Assembly (NCBI GenBank): GCA_963812605.1
Contig: CAWEWF010000006.1
Span: 128,001 to 192,000 of the forward strand
Length of the DNA stretch: 64,000 nucleotides
DNA from: an uncultured Verrucomicrobiae bacterium
GTDB taxonomy: Bacteria; Verrucomicrobiota; Verrucomicrobiia; Palsa-1439
Direction of reading: 5' to 3'
Shown: positions 32,216 through 41,417 of the stretch, piece after piece
How positions within the stretch are numbered: the stretch's first letter is position 1
Layout of the letters: every line of letters starts with the position of its first letter
The notes under the pieces: model-generated
The model's input: only the letters and a program-made list of their open reading frames with translations
Databases searched by the model: none
What the model was told of the DNA's origin: nothing
Made by a program: the position numbers and the translations under genes

Positions 32216-32281
32216 CTGCGGCTTCTGCTTCTAAGGCTTCACGCAGGAACAACGTCACGCCTAGGCCCACGACGATGATTC

Positions 32282-32299
32282 TGTTCCCAAACGGGAACA
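32282..32299. repeat. ICE palindrome copy 3
   Basis: TGTTCCCAAACGGGAACA about 90 bp upstream of the MTase-helicase start. Confidence 0.95.
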
Positions 32300-32387
32300 A
32301 CCTCACGCGGCTATTCATGGCTAAATCCCCGCAGCAGCCAGTGTCGTCATGGCGCTGGAAGAATCGACATGTTCGACGTAAACTCAC

Positions 32388-35300
32388 ATGGCTCTCAAAC
32401 GGTCAAAAGGGAAACAGCAAGACCAGCTCGATTTATTCGGCGGCAATGGAAACGGACATGCAGCCCTTGAGCCAATACGGATTAATGGCGGAGAAACACT
32501 GGCGGGAGCACCGTCCGCAGATGGTGGCGGAAATGGAGCGGGCGGGCACGCTGCACCAGATGTTGCAGGACGCAGAGGAGAAGACCAAGGACGAAATGGA
32601 CGCGATTCGTCGAAAACTCATTCAACAGGGACTGACGCCGCAACAGGCACACGACCAGGCTTGGGAAATGGTGAGGGAGAGGTACATCCTACTTCCACCC
32701 GAGAACGATTAGGCCCGCCCCGCAACCAAGCCAACTACCGGATCACCGACCACGACCGCCTTGGCGAAGGGTCACTCAAGCAGAAGTTTCGCGCCAACGT
32801 CGCCGCAATTCGGTTGCTCCGACAACTTGAGGCAGAGAAGCGACCGGCGACCAACGACGAAAAGGCGGTTCTCGTGCGGTACGTCGGCTGGGGTGGCTTG
32901 CCGCAGGTATTCGATGTCAATTCCCGAGAGTGGTTCAAGGAGCAGGTCGAACTGTCCCAGCTTCTGACTGAGGACGAACACACCTCCGCCCGCGCTTCGA
33001 CACTCAACGCGCACTACACTTCGCTGGCCATCGTTCGCGGGATGTATGCCGCCTTGGCGCGTTTCGGTTTCAAGCATGGGCGCGTCTTGGAGCCGGCGTG
33101 TGGACTGGGCCATTTCGTCGGCCTGATGCCCGAAGAGATGCACGCGCACTCCACTGTCACCGGCATTGAGATCGACCTGCTGACCGCCCGCATCGCGAAG
33201 GTACTTTATCCCGACTCGGACATTCGCCACCAGCCATTCGAGGAAACTCGCCTGGCTGACGGCTTCTACGACGCGGCGATTTCCAACATCCCGTTTGGCG
33301 ACTATCAACCGTTCGACCCGCGTTTCAACGTTTTCAAGTTTCCCATTCACGATTATTTCTTTGCTGCAGCGTTGGAAAAGGTGCGACCGGGCGGGCTGCT
33401 TCTGTTCATCACCTCCAAAGGCACATTGGACAAGAAGGATTCGACGTTGCGCGAATATCTGGCGCAACGGGCCGACCTCCTTGGTGCGGTCCGACTTCCC
33501 AACGATGCCTTTAAGCGCAACGCGAACACCGAAGTCACCACCGACATCGTGATGTTGCGAAAGCTGAACCCTGGCGAAACACCATCCGGTCCTTCGTGGA
33601 ACCAGACCGAGGAGCGTGTCAACGCGAAGGGCGAGACGATCCAGATCAACGAATACTTCGTTCAACACCCGCAGATGATGCTCGGCAAGATGGAACTGTC
33701 GGGCAGCATGTACCGCGACAACGAACCCACGCTGGTCAGCGATGGGCGGGATTTGGCCGAGGCGCTGGCGGAAGCAGTCAGCAGCTTGCCGCAGAATATC
33801 TACCGTGCACAGAAACGGACCGTAGTTCTCCCTTCCCTCGATCAAACGTTTCCCGCCCCCGATTACGTCAAGCCCAGTGCGTTTGTGATGGTTCACGACG
33901 AGGTCGCCGTCCGGATCGGCGACTCCTTGAAAACGTTGCCGGGGTTGCCGGCGGAAACCAAAGTCCGCATCCGACGGCTGATTCGGGTTCGCGATTCGGT
34001 TCGGGAATGTCTCCGCAGCCAACTCGATGGCAGCGAGGAGGCTGCGATTGTTGCGGCCCGAGAGAGACTCAATCAGGCATACGACTCGTTCATCTCGCGT
34101 TTCGGGCCGATTTCGAACCGCTCGAACACACGGGCATTTGATGGCGATCCGGATTTGCCATTGTTGCTATCGCTTGAGAATTACGACGAAGAGACCAAGC
34201 GAGCCAAGAAAACGGCGATCTTCCGCGAACGAACCATTCATCACCAGAAGCCGGTTGAGTCGGTCGAGACTCCGAAGGAAGCGCTCATCGTTTCGCTCAA
34301 CGAAAAAGGCCGCGTTGACCTCGACCACATGAGCGCCTTGCTCGGACGCTCCGAAGACGAATTTTTGCCCGAATTGAAAGGCGCGATTTTCCTCAATCCG
34401 CAGAACGAACGAGTGGGAGACTGAAGACCAATACCTGTCCGGCAACGTCCGCGAAAAGTTGGAGACCGCCGAAGCCGCCGGCATCACCGATGCGCGCTTC
34501 AAGGAAAACGTCGAGGCGCTCAAAGTCAGTCCAGCCGGAGGATTTGTCGGCCACCGAAATTGACGTTCGGCTTGGGCCGTCATGGATTCCGGCAGAGGAC
34601 ATTGAAAAGTTCTGCCAAGAATTGCTCGGCGTGACGGCGTCGACGTCGAGCCACTCCACGCGCATCGGCACATGGATGGTCTCGGCAGACTACTACGCCA
34701 AAGCGCACGGTTGCCAACACCACCGAATGGGGCACGGACCGCGCCGGCGCGCTCGAACTGATTCAGGACGCGCTGAATCTTCGCACGCCGACCATTTACG
34801 ACAAGGAACCGAAGTCGGACAAGCTCGTCGTCAACGCGGCAAGCGACCGAAGGCCGCGCGCGAAAAGCAGCAGAAGATCAAGGACCGGTTCAAGGAATGG
34901 ATTTGGCAGGACGACGAGCGCCGCGAGCGCCTGGTGCCGAAAATACAACGACGAATTCAACAACGTTCGGCTGCGAACATTCAATGGCGACCATCTGACC
35001 TTGCCCGGCGCAAGCCAGGTCGTCACACTGCATCCGCACCAGAAAGCCGGCGTCTGGCGCATCCTGCAAACGCCCAACACACTGCTGGGTCACGTCGTCG
35101 GCGCGGGCAAGACATACACGATGGTTGCGGCCGGCGATGGAATTGAAGCGGCTAGGACTAGCCCGCAAACCGATGTTCGTGGTTCCGAATCACATGCTCG
35201 GCCAGTTCTCGTCCGAACTGCTTATGCTTTATCCGGGCGCAAACATTCTCGTGGCCGGTAAGGAGGATTTCGAGACGAGTAAACGGCGACAGTTGATGAG

Positions 35301-37545
35301 CCGCATCGCCACTGGGAATTGGGACGCAGTCATCGTCACGCATTCCGGCTTCGAGCGAATCCCTTTGTCGGATGAAACCAAGAAGACGTTTTTCCGCGAA
35401 CAACTCCATGATTTGGAGATGGCCATTCGCGAGCAGCGTGCCGGTAAGAACGATCGGCGGATGGTGAAAGACTTGGAACGTGCCAAGAAAAGACTGGAGA
35501 CGAGACTCAAGTTGCTGCTCCGCCGAGGAGAAGAAGGACAACACACTGACGTTTGAGGAACTGGGCGTGGACCGTCTGTTCATTGATGAAGCCCAGTACT
35601 TCAAGAATCTGTTTTACGTCAGCAAGATGACTCGAATCGCGGGCCTGCCGCAGACAGCCTCGGAGCGGGCTTTCGATATGTTTCTCAAGACCCGGTACAT
35701 CCAGCAGGTCAACGGCGGAGGCGGTGTGGTGTTTGCGACCGGCACTCCCATCTCCAACAGCATGGCCGAGATGTTCACCATGCAGCGGTATCTGCAAATG
35801 GCTGCGCTGACGAAGTTGCGGATACATCACTTCGATTCATGGGCCGCGACGTTCGGTGAGCCCGTAACGGCGATGGAATTTGCCCCGGACGGTGCGGGCT
35901 ATCGACTGCATACTCGTTTTGCCCGGTTTGTGAATGTGCCGGAGTTGATGCAGCAGTTCCGGCAGGTCGCCGATATTCAGACGGCGCAGATGTTGAAGCT
36001 TCCAGCCCCAGCGCTGAGACATGGGAAAGCCGTTATTGTCCGCGCACCGGCAACCGCGGAATTGAAGGCTCTCGTTTCCCGACTGGCTGACAGAGCGGAA
36101 AAGCTGCGCAAAGGGCGTGTCGATCCACGCGTGGACAACATGCTCAAGATCACCACTGAGGGCCGGAAGGCCGCGCTGGACCTGCGTTTGGTTAATTCGA
36201 GCGCCCGCGATCAGCCCGAGAGCAAGGCCAACCTCGCCGTCACGAAATCTTTCGCATCTGGCGGGAGACCAAGACTGACCGACTGACGCAGCTTGTCTTC
36301 TGTGATTTGTCCACGCCCAAGGACGCAGGGTTCTCGGTTTACGACGACGTAAAGGCAAAACTGGTCATGGCACGGTGTCCCCACCAACGAAATCGCCTTC
36401 ATTCAAGATTACAACAGCGACGCAGCCAAACTCGCCCTATTCAAAGACGTTCGCGCCGGCAAAATTCGTATCCTGATGGGCAGTACGCAAAAGATGGGCT
36501 CCGGCACGAATGTGCAGGAGCGGCTCATTGCGTTGCACCATTTGGACGCGCCGTGGCGACCGGCTGACGTGGAACAGCGTGAAGGTCGAATTCTGCGGCA
36601 GGGCAACCACAACGCCGAGGTGCAAATCTACCGCTATGTCACCGAGGGTCAGTTTCGATGCCTACATGTGGCAGACGCTCGAAACGAAAGCCAAGTTCAT
36701 CCAACAAGTAATGACTGGCCGCAACGACCTTCGCCACATCGAAGACATCGATGGTGCGGCGCTCACCTACGCCGAGGTCAAGGCTATCGCGTCGGGGAAT
36801 CCACTGGTCATCGAGAAGGCCCACATTGACGCCGAGTTGGGCCGCCTTAGCCGATTGCGCGCCCAACATCATGAGACGCAGTACCGGATTCGCAACACGA
36901 TCCGACGAACGACCGAGGAAATTGAGATTCTCACCAGACGGATTGAGAATCTCCACAAGGACATCGCGGTCAGACAGCCGACACAAAGCGACGCATTTAG
37001 CATCCGCATCGAGGGAGCGCAATACACGGATCGAGGAATTGCCGGTGAGTTGATCAATCGCCGTGCTCAACAACTCCGGGGTTCGGGGAAAGACTACGCG
37101 GTCGGTGAGCTTGCCCGGGTTTGCGGTGGTCCTCCGTGCCAGTGCCCTGGAGCATACTGAGCTTGTCCTCAAGGGCGCCAATCTCTACTCGGCGAGCCTT
37201 TCCGATAGCGCCCATGGCACGACACGTTCGCTGGAGCATGCCATACAGTCCCTCGACCAGAAATCGACTCAAACTGAGAAGGACGTTGCCGAGTGCCGAA
37301 AGCGATTAACGGAATTGGAGGCGAAGGTTGGCGAGCCATTCGAGCATGAAACCAAGCTCAAGAACCTCACTCAGCGCCAGGACGAGATTGTAAAGGCATT
37401 GGACCTTACCCGGAATCAGGCATCCAACAGGCTCGACGCGAACTCGCCCAGTGACAGCGAGGAGTTCCTTTCCGAGAAGGCGGCGAGGTCGGTGCGGCAA
37501 CAGATCCACCACCGTCATGCGGAGCGCACGATTTCACTCGGGTGA
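32388..37545 (+). CDS. DarB-like N6-adenine methyltransferase + SNF2 helicase fusion (many frameshifts)
   Basis: YVGWGG, LNAHYT, VLEPACGLG, ISNIPFG; HVVGAGKT, DEAQ, ATGTP, QREGRILRQGN. Confidence 0.9.
32458..32712 (+). CDS. TnpV/DUF1896-like small protein nested in another frame of the MTase-helicase gene
   Basis: QYGLMAEKHWREHRP.....ME..G.L...L...EE ... AWEMVRERYI; own TAG stop. Confidence 0.7.
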   Translation: MQPLSQYGLMAEKHWREHRPQMVAEMERAGTLHQMLQDAEEKTKDEMDAIRRKLIQQGLTPQQAHDQAWEMVRERYILLPPEND

Positions 37546-37628
37546 ATCAACTTCGACGAGATGAAATGAACACCGACTATCGGAATGACATGGACGGGCC
37601 AGCCTTGGAGGACCGGCGGAGGCCAGTG

Positions 37629-38808
37629 CTACACCCCCATGGATGCGGTCTGCTTGTGAACCGATGCCTCGGCAGTGACCGATTTCTTGAAGGTGACTCG
37701 TTGCGCCATATCGGTGGAATGTTGGTCCCGCAAATGACCATAGGTTCGCATGGCCAACGCGCCGCCGTCTTTATGTCCCAACCACCTGGAGACCGTCGGA
37801 ATGTCAACGCCCGATTCGATACATCGCGTGGCAAAGAGGTGACGCAAATCGTGGTGAGTAATCCTCGCCATTCCGACGACTTGGGCCGCCCGGTCCATGG
37901 CCTTCTGGCATTCACGAACGCGCATGACCGGTACATCATCCGGTTCATCGGGCCGCTCCTTGCGAAGGCGTTCCATGAGGCTCAAGCATATCAGGGATCA
38001 TGGGAACTTCCCGCACTTCACCTGCCACCCGGCCCTTCAGCCCGGTTTCCGCATCGCCCCGCACAATAATCTTCTGTCTTTTGAAATCCACATCCGACCA
38101 CCGGATGTTGCCCGCCTCATGAATGCGGAAGCCGCCATAGGCCAGAAAGCGGATCAGGTCGGCACAGTCCCACGAGAAACGCGCATGGGGCCGTTCCACC
38201 TCCTTGAGAAACGCAGGAAACTGATCGGGCTCGGGCAGGTGGAGTGTTTTCGGTCGTTCGGTCACCCGTTTAATGAACCGACCGGGATTGTCATAGCGAG
38301 CGCCCGCTTCTACGCCAATCTCAAAGACACGCCGCAGGAGGGAGATCGTATGATTGAACGCGGACGCGCCCGTGGCCGTGCGGAATTTCGCGGCCCAGTC
38401 CAGGCATTCGGACTTCGTGATCTTGCGCACGTCTTGCTCTTTCAAGCCCGGCCAGGACTTCAGCAGCGCCGTGGTTCGTTCCTCGTAATAGACTTTCGTT
38501 TTCGGTTTGAAATTCGGGTCGGCCCTGAGCCGCTGCTGGTACAGATCCAGACAATCGCCAAAAGTCATCTTTCCGGTGAAGACAACGTCGCGATGTTCAG
38601 CGGCTTGGCGCTCCTGCTTGTCCAAATCGGCCAAGCGAAGCTTCGCGACCGTGATGGAATCAGTTTCCAGCGACCTGACAATAAGCTTGCCTCGGATACG
38701 GATTCTCGCGAAATATGTACGCGATGGAACGTACCGAATCAGGTTGGCGTAGGGAGTCTTCTGCCAGGGACTTTTTTCTTCCTTTGGCTGGCTTTGGCGG
38801 CCTTTCAT
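37629..38808 (-). CDS. Tyrosine recombinase/integrase (frameshift near 37975)
   Basis: GFRIHEA (R), HDLRH, LGH, RTYGH (Y); N-terminal arm-binding-like YFARIRIRGKLI. Confidence 0.93.
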
Positions 38809-38887
38809 TTGAGCAGTATATAAAAGCAGTATCAAATGGTCAACTAGATTCGATTACTCCATTTGCAAGTGGTTCATTTGCAACTGA

Positions 38888-38966
38888 CGGGACGTAGCTC
38901 AGCTTGGATTAGAGCGCCTGCCTTGGGCGCAGGAGGTCGCAGGTTCAAATCCTGTCGTCCCGACCA
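38888..38966 (+). tRNA. tRNA-Pro(TGG)
   Basis: CGGGACG/CGTCCCG acceptor, GCTC/GAGC D stem, CCTGC-CTTGGGC-GCAGG anticodon arm, TTCAAAT T loop, encoded CCA. Confidence 0.97.
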
Positions 38967-38978
38967 TTTTGCTGGTGA

Positions 38979-39054
38979 CTCAGGTAGGATTAGAGCGTCC
39001 CGAGTCCCAAAACACTCGGGAAGATCGCAGGTTCAAATCCTGTCGTCCCGACCA
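38979..39054 (+). other. Degenerate tandem tRNA-Pro copy with replaced anticodon arm
   Basis: D-arm-like CTCAGGTAGGATTAGAGCG, hairpin TCCCGAGT-N8-ACTCGGGA, then 30 nt identical to the tRNA 3' end including CCA. Confidence 0.8.
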
Positions 39055-39127
39055 CTTTCCCCACGCGTTTATGCCCACCATGCCTGGGGAACGCGAAGTC
39101 CTCGCGTTCGCCGATACAGGAAATGGA

Positions 39128-39156
39128 TTGGCCGACGCACGGGATTCACTTATAAT
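39128..39156 (+). promoter_or_regulatory. Sigma70-type promoter
   Basis: TTGGCC-17 bp-TATAAT, 12 nt before the ATG at 39169. Confidence 0.65.
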
Positions 39157-39168
39157 CCGCGTTTGCGC

Positions 39169-39822
39169 ATGAAAATGGCCGTTCTGATTCTCGGCGTTCT
39201 TTCGTTATCAGCGCCTTTTTGCGCTCCCGTGTCGTCGGCAACGACGGGCGCGGACGGATTTGCGCCGGTCTTCAATGGGGTGAACCTCGATGGTTGGAAA
39301 ATGCAGGGACACGCTTCCTGGAAAGTCGAGCATGGCGAGATTGTCGGCCAGCCGGATCCGGGCCAAGGTACTGATTGCTGGCTTTTCACAGAAGAGGAAT
39401 GGACCGATTTTACGCTGGAGGTTGAGTTCAAGGTCGCGAAGAAGTGCAACAGCGGAATTGCGATCCGCATGCCCAAAGAGGCGACAGGTGACCCCGATAT
39501 GTACGGTTACGAGGTCCAAATCTCCGATGCACCGGGGAGAAAGCCGACGGGCAGCCTGTTGCATCACGTGGATTCCAAAATCAACAACGTCCATAAACCG
39601 AACGAATGGAATCGTCTATTGGTCACCTGCGAGGGAGAGCACATTGTGGTCTATCTCAACGGGCTGTTGACGGTGGATACGAAGGAACCCGGCTCCAAGC
39701 GGGGAAGAATTGGGATGCAGATTGCCAAAGGGGAGGAATTCGCCAATCAGGAAGCGCATTTTCGAAACATACGGATAAAGAGTCTTGCGCCAAAGGCGCT
39801 GCCTACTTCTGCCACGCCGTAG
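39169..39822 (+). CDS. DUF1080 (3-keto-disaccharide hydrolase-like) exported protein
   Basis: FNG.NLDGW, DFTL.VEFK, NSGI..R, GYEVQI, EWN, G.IG.Q, FRNIRIK. Confidence 0.9.
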   Translation: MKMAVLILGVLSLSAPFCAPVSSATTGADGFAPVFNGVNLDGWKMQGHASWKVEHGEIVGQPDPGQGTDCWLFTEEEWTDFTLEVEFKVAKKCNSGIAIRMPKEATGDPDMYGYEVQISDAPGRKPTGSLLHHVDSKINNVHKPNEWNRLLVTCEGEHIVVYLNGLLTVDTKEPGSKRGRIGMQIAKGEEFANQEAHFRNIRIKSLAPKALPTSATP

Positions 39823-39907
39823 GGTAGTCACGGTTCCAATCCTTCGCTTGCCCTTCCCTACCGATGGCGAGTACATTGGCAAGAGTCGGACAACGGAGGA
39901 TTCTCTC

Positions 39908-40354
39908 ATGAGTACGGTCAAAGAACTGTTGCGGGAGAAAGGCAGCGAGGTCTGGACCATCGCGCCACGGGCCACTGTTTACGAGGCGCTGGAATTGATG
40001 GCGGCGAAGAACATCGGCGCGCTGGTGGTTGTGGAAAACGGAAATGTCGTGGGGATGTTCACGGAACGCGATTACGCCCGCAAGGTCATCCTCAAGGGCC
40101 GGTCGTCCAAGACCACGACGGTGGGCGAATTGATGATCACGGATGTTCTCTACGTCAGTCCCGAGGACACGATCGAGAATTGCATGGCGCTGATGACCGA
40201 CAAGCGACTGCGCCATTTACCGGTGATGGAAAACGGCCAGTTGGCTGGGCTCATTTCCATCGGCGACATTGTGCGGGTAATTATCTCCGACCGCGAATTT
40301 ACAATTCGCGAACTCGAACATTACATCACGGGCGGGCACAGCTCGCGCGGATAG
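39908..40354 (+). CDS. CBS-domain pair protein
   Basis: NIGALVV, GMFTERDYARKV, RLRHLPV, ISIGD. Confidence 0.92.
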   Translation: MSTVKELLREKGSEVWTIAPRATVYEALELMAAKNIGALVVVENGNVVGMFTERDYARKVILKGRSSKTTTVGELMITDVLYVSPEDTIENCMALMTDKRLRHLPVMENGQLAGLISIGDIVRVIISDREFTIRELEHYITGGHSSRG

Positions 40355-40364
40355 TGCGACTTCT

Positions 40365-41402
40365 TCAAACCGGCGGCGGGTTGCGTTCGGGGAAGCCGCG
40401 TTGGTGCCAGTACGGATACGCCAGCGTGGTCGCGCTCGCGGCATCCAGCATGGACACTTGCGCCGGGGTAAGGTTCCAGCCGGTGGCCGCGATGTTCTGA
40501 CGCAACTGTTCTTCGTTACGCGCGCCGATGATTACCGTGGCAACCGAAGGTCGTTGCAATAACCAGTTGAGCGCGATTTGCGGAACCGTCTTGCCGGTTT
40601 CTTTCGCAACCGTGTCGAGGGCATCGACAACCTTAAAAAGATATTCATCCGCCACGGGCGGCCCCATGTCGAGCACCTGCTGGCTCTTGAGGCGCGTGGA
40701 CTGCGGGAGCGGCTGGCCCCGGCGTATTTTTCCCGTCAACCTTCCCCATCCCAGCGGACTCCAAACCACCGCGGCCACTTTTTGGTCGAGCGCCAGCGGC
40801 ATCAATTCCCATTCGTAATCGCGCCCGATGAGCGAATAGTACGCTTGATGCGCCACGTACCGCGCGAGGCCGTATTTTTCCGAAACCGCGAGCGATTTCA
40901 TTAAATGCCATCCGGAAAAATTGGAGCAGCCGATGTATCGTATCTTGCCGGCGCGCACCAGGTCATCGAGCGTCGCCAACGCTTCTTCCACCGGGGTCAT
41001 GGCGTCGAACGCATGCAGTTGATAGAGATCGATGTAGTCGGTGCCCAATCGACGCAGACTTCCCTCCACCGCTTCCGTCAAATGGTGACGCGATGAGCCC
41101 ACGTCATTGGGGCCGGGCCCTGTGCGGAAGGTGCCTTTGGTTGAAATCAACACCTGGTCGCGGCGGCCCTTGATCGCCTGTCCCAAAATCTCCTCGGCGA
41201 TACCCTGCGAATAAACATCCGCGGAATCGAACATCGTCAGCCCGGCCTCGAGGCAGATATCGACCAATCGCGTTGCCTCGGCCACGTCGGTGCTGCCCCA
41301 CGCCTTGAAAAACTCATTGCCACCGCCAAACGTACCGGTCCCGAAGGTCAACACCGGGACTTTGAACCCCGAGGCGCCCAATTGTCGAAATTCCATGCTC
41401 AT
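40365..41402 (-). CDS. Aldo/keto reductase
   Basis: FDSADVYS.G, SLRRLGTDYIDLYQLH, GKIRYIGCSN, WSPL. Confidence 0.95.
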   Translation of the reverse strand: MSMEFRQLGASGFKVPVLTFGTGTFGGGNEFFKAWGSTDVAEATRLVDICLEAGLTMFDSADVYSQGIAEEILGQAIKGRRDQVLISTKGTFRTGPGPNDVGSSRHHLTEAVEGSLRRLGTDYIDLYQLHAFDAMTPVEEALATLDDLVRAGKIRYIGCSNFSGWHLMKSLAVSEKYGLARYVAHQAYYSLIGRDYEWELMPLALDQKVAAVVWSPLGWGRLTGKIRRGQPLPQSTRLKSQQVLDMGPPVADEYLFKVVDALDTVAKETGKTVPQIALNWLLQRPSVATVIIGARNEEQLRQNIAATGWNLTPAQVSMLDAASATTLAYPYWHQRGFPERNPPPV

Positions 41403-41417
41403 ACTTTGTTTCCCTTT

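Larger units (their letters stand above)
12802..38887. mobile_element. Integrative conjugative element backbone (MOBF, MPF-T-like T4SS, tyrosine integrase), partly decayed; left boundary unknown and may include the 1-12.7 kb cargo
   Basis: Relaxase, T4CP, VirB operon, MTase-helicase and integrase are contiguous and end at tRNA-Pro. Confidence 0.85.

Noticed and set aside
31990-32712. 240-aa ORF as a single real protein
   Set aside because: It is a read-through joining a VirB10-like stub, a regulatory region containing the palindrome, and the TnpV-like gene
25204-37545. Programmed frameshifting in virB4 or the MTase-helicase
   Set aside because: Breaks are numerous, scattered and lack consistent slippery sites; error or decay is simpler
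38979-39054. Functional second tRNA (e.g. frameshift suppressor or tRNA-Sec)
   Set aside because: No 5' acceptor strand able to pair with CGTCCCG, and the loop lacks a canonical U-turn anticodon geometry
38863-39168. N-terminal extension of the DUF1080 ORF
   Set aside because: Overlaps tRNA-Pro and its copy; a promoter and signal peptide support a start at 39169
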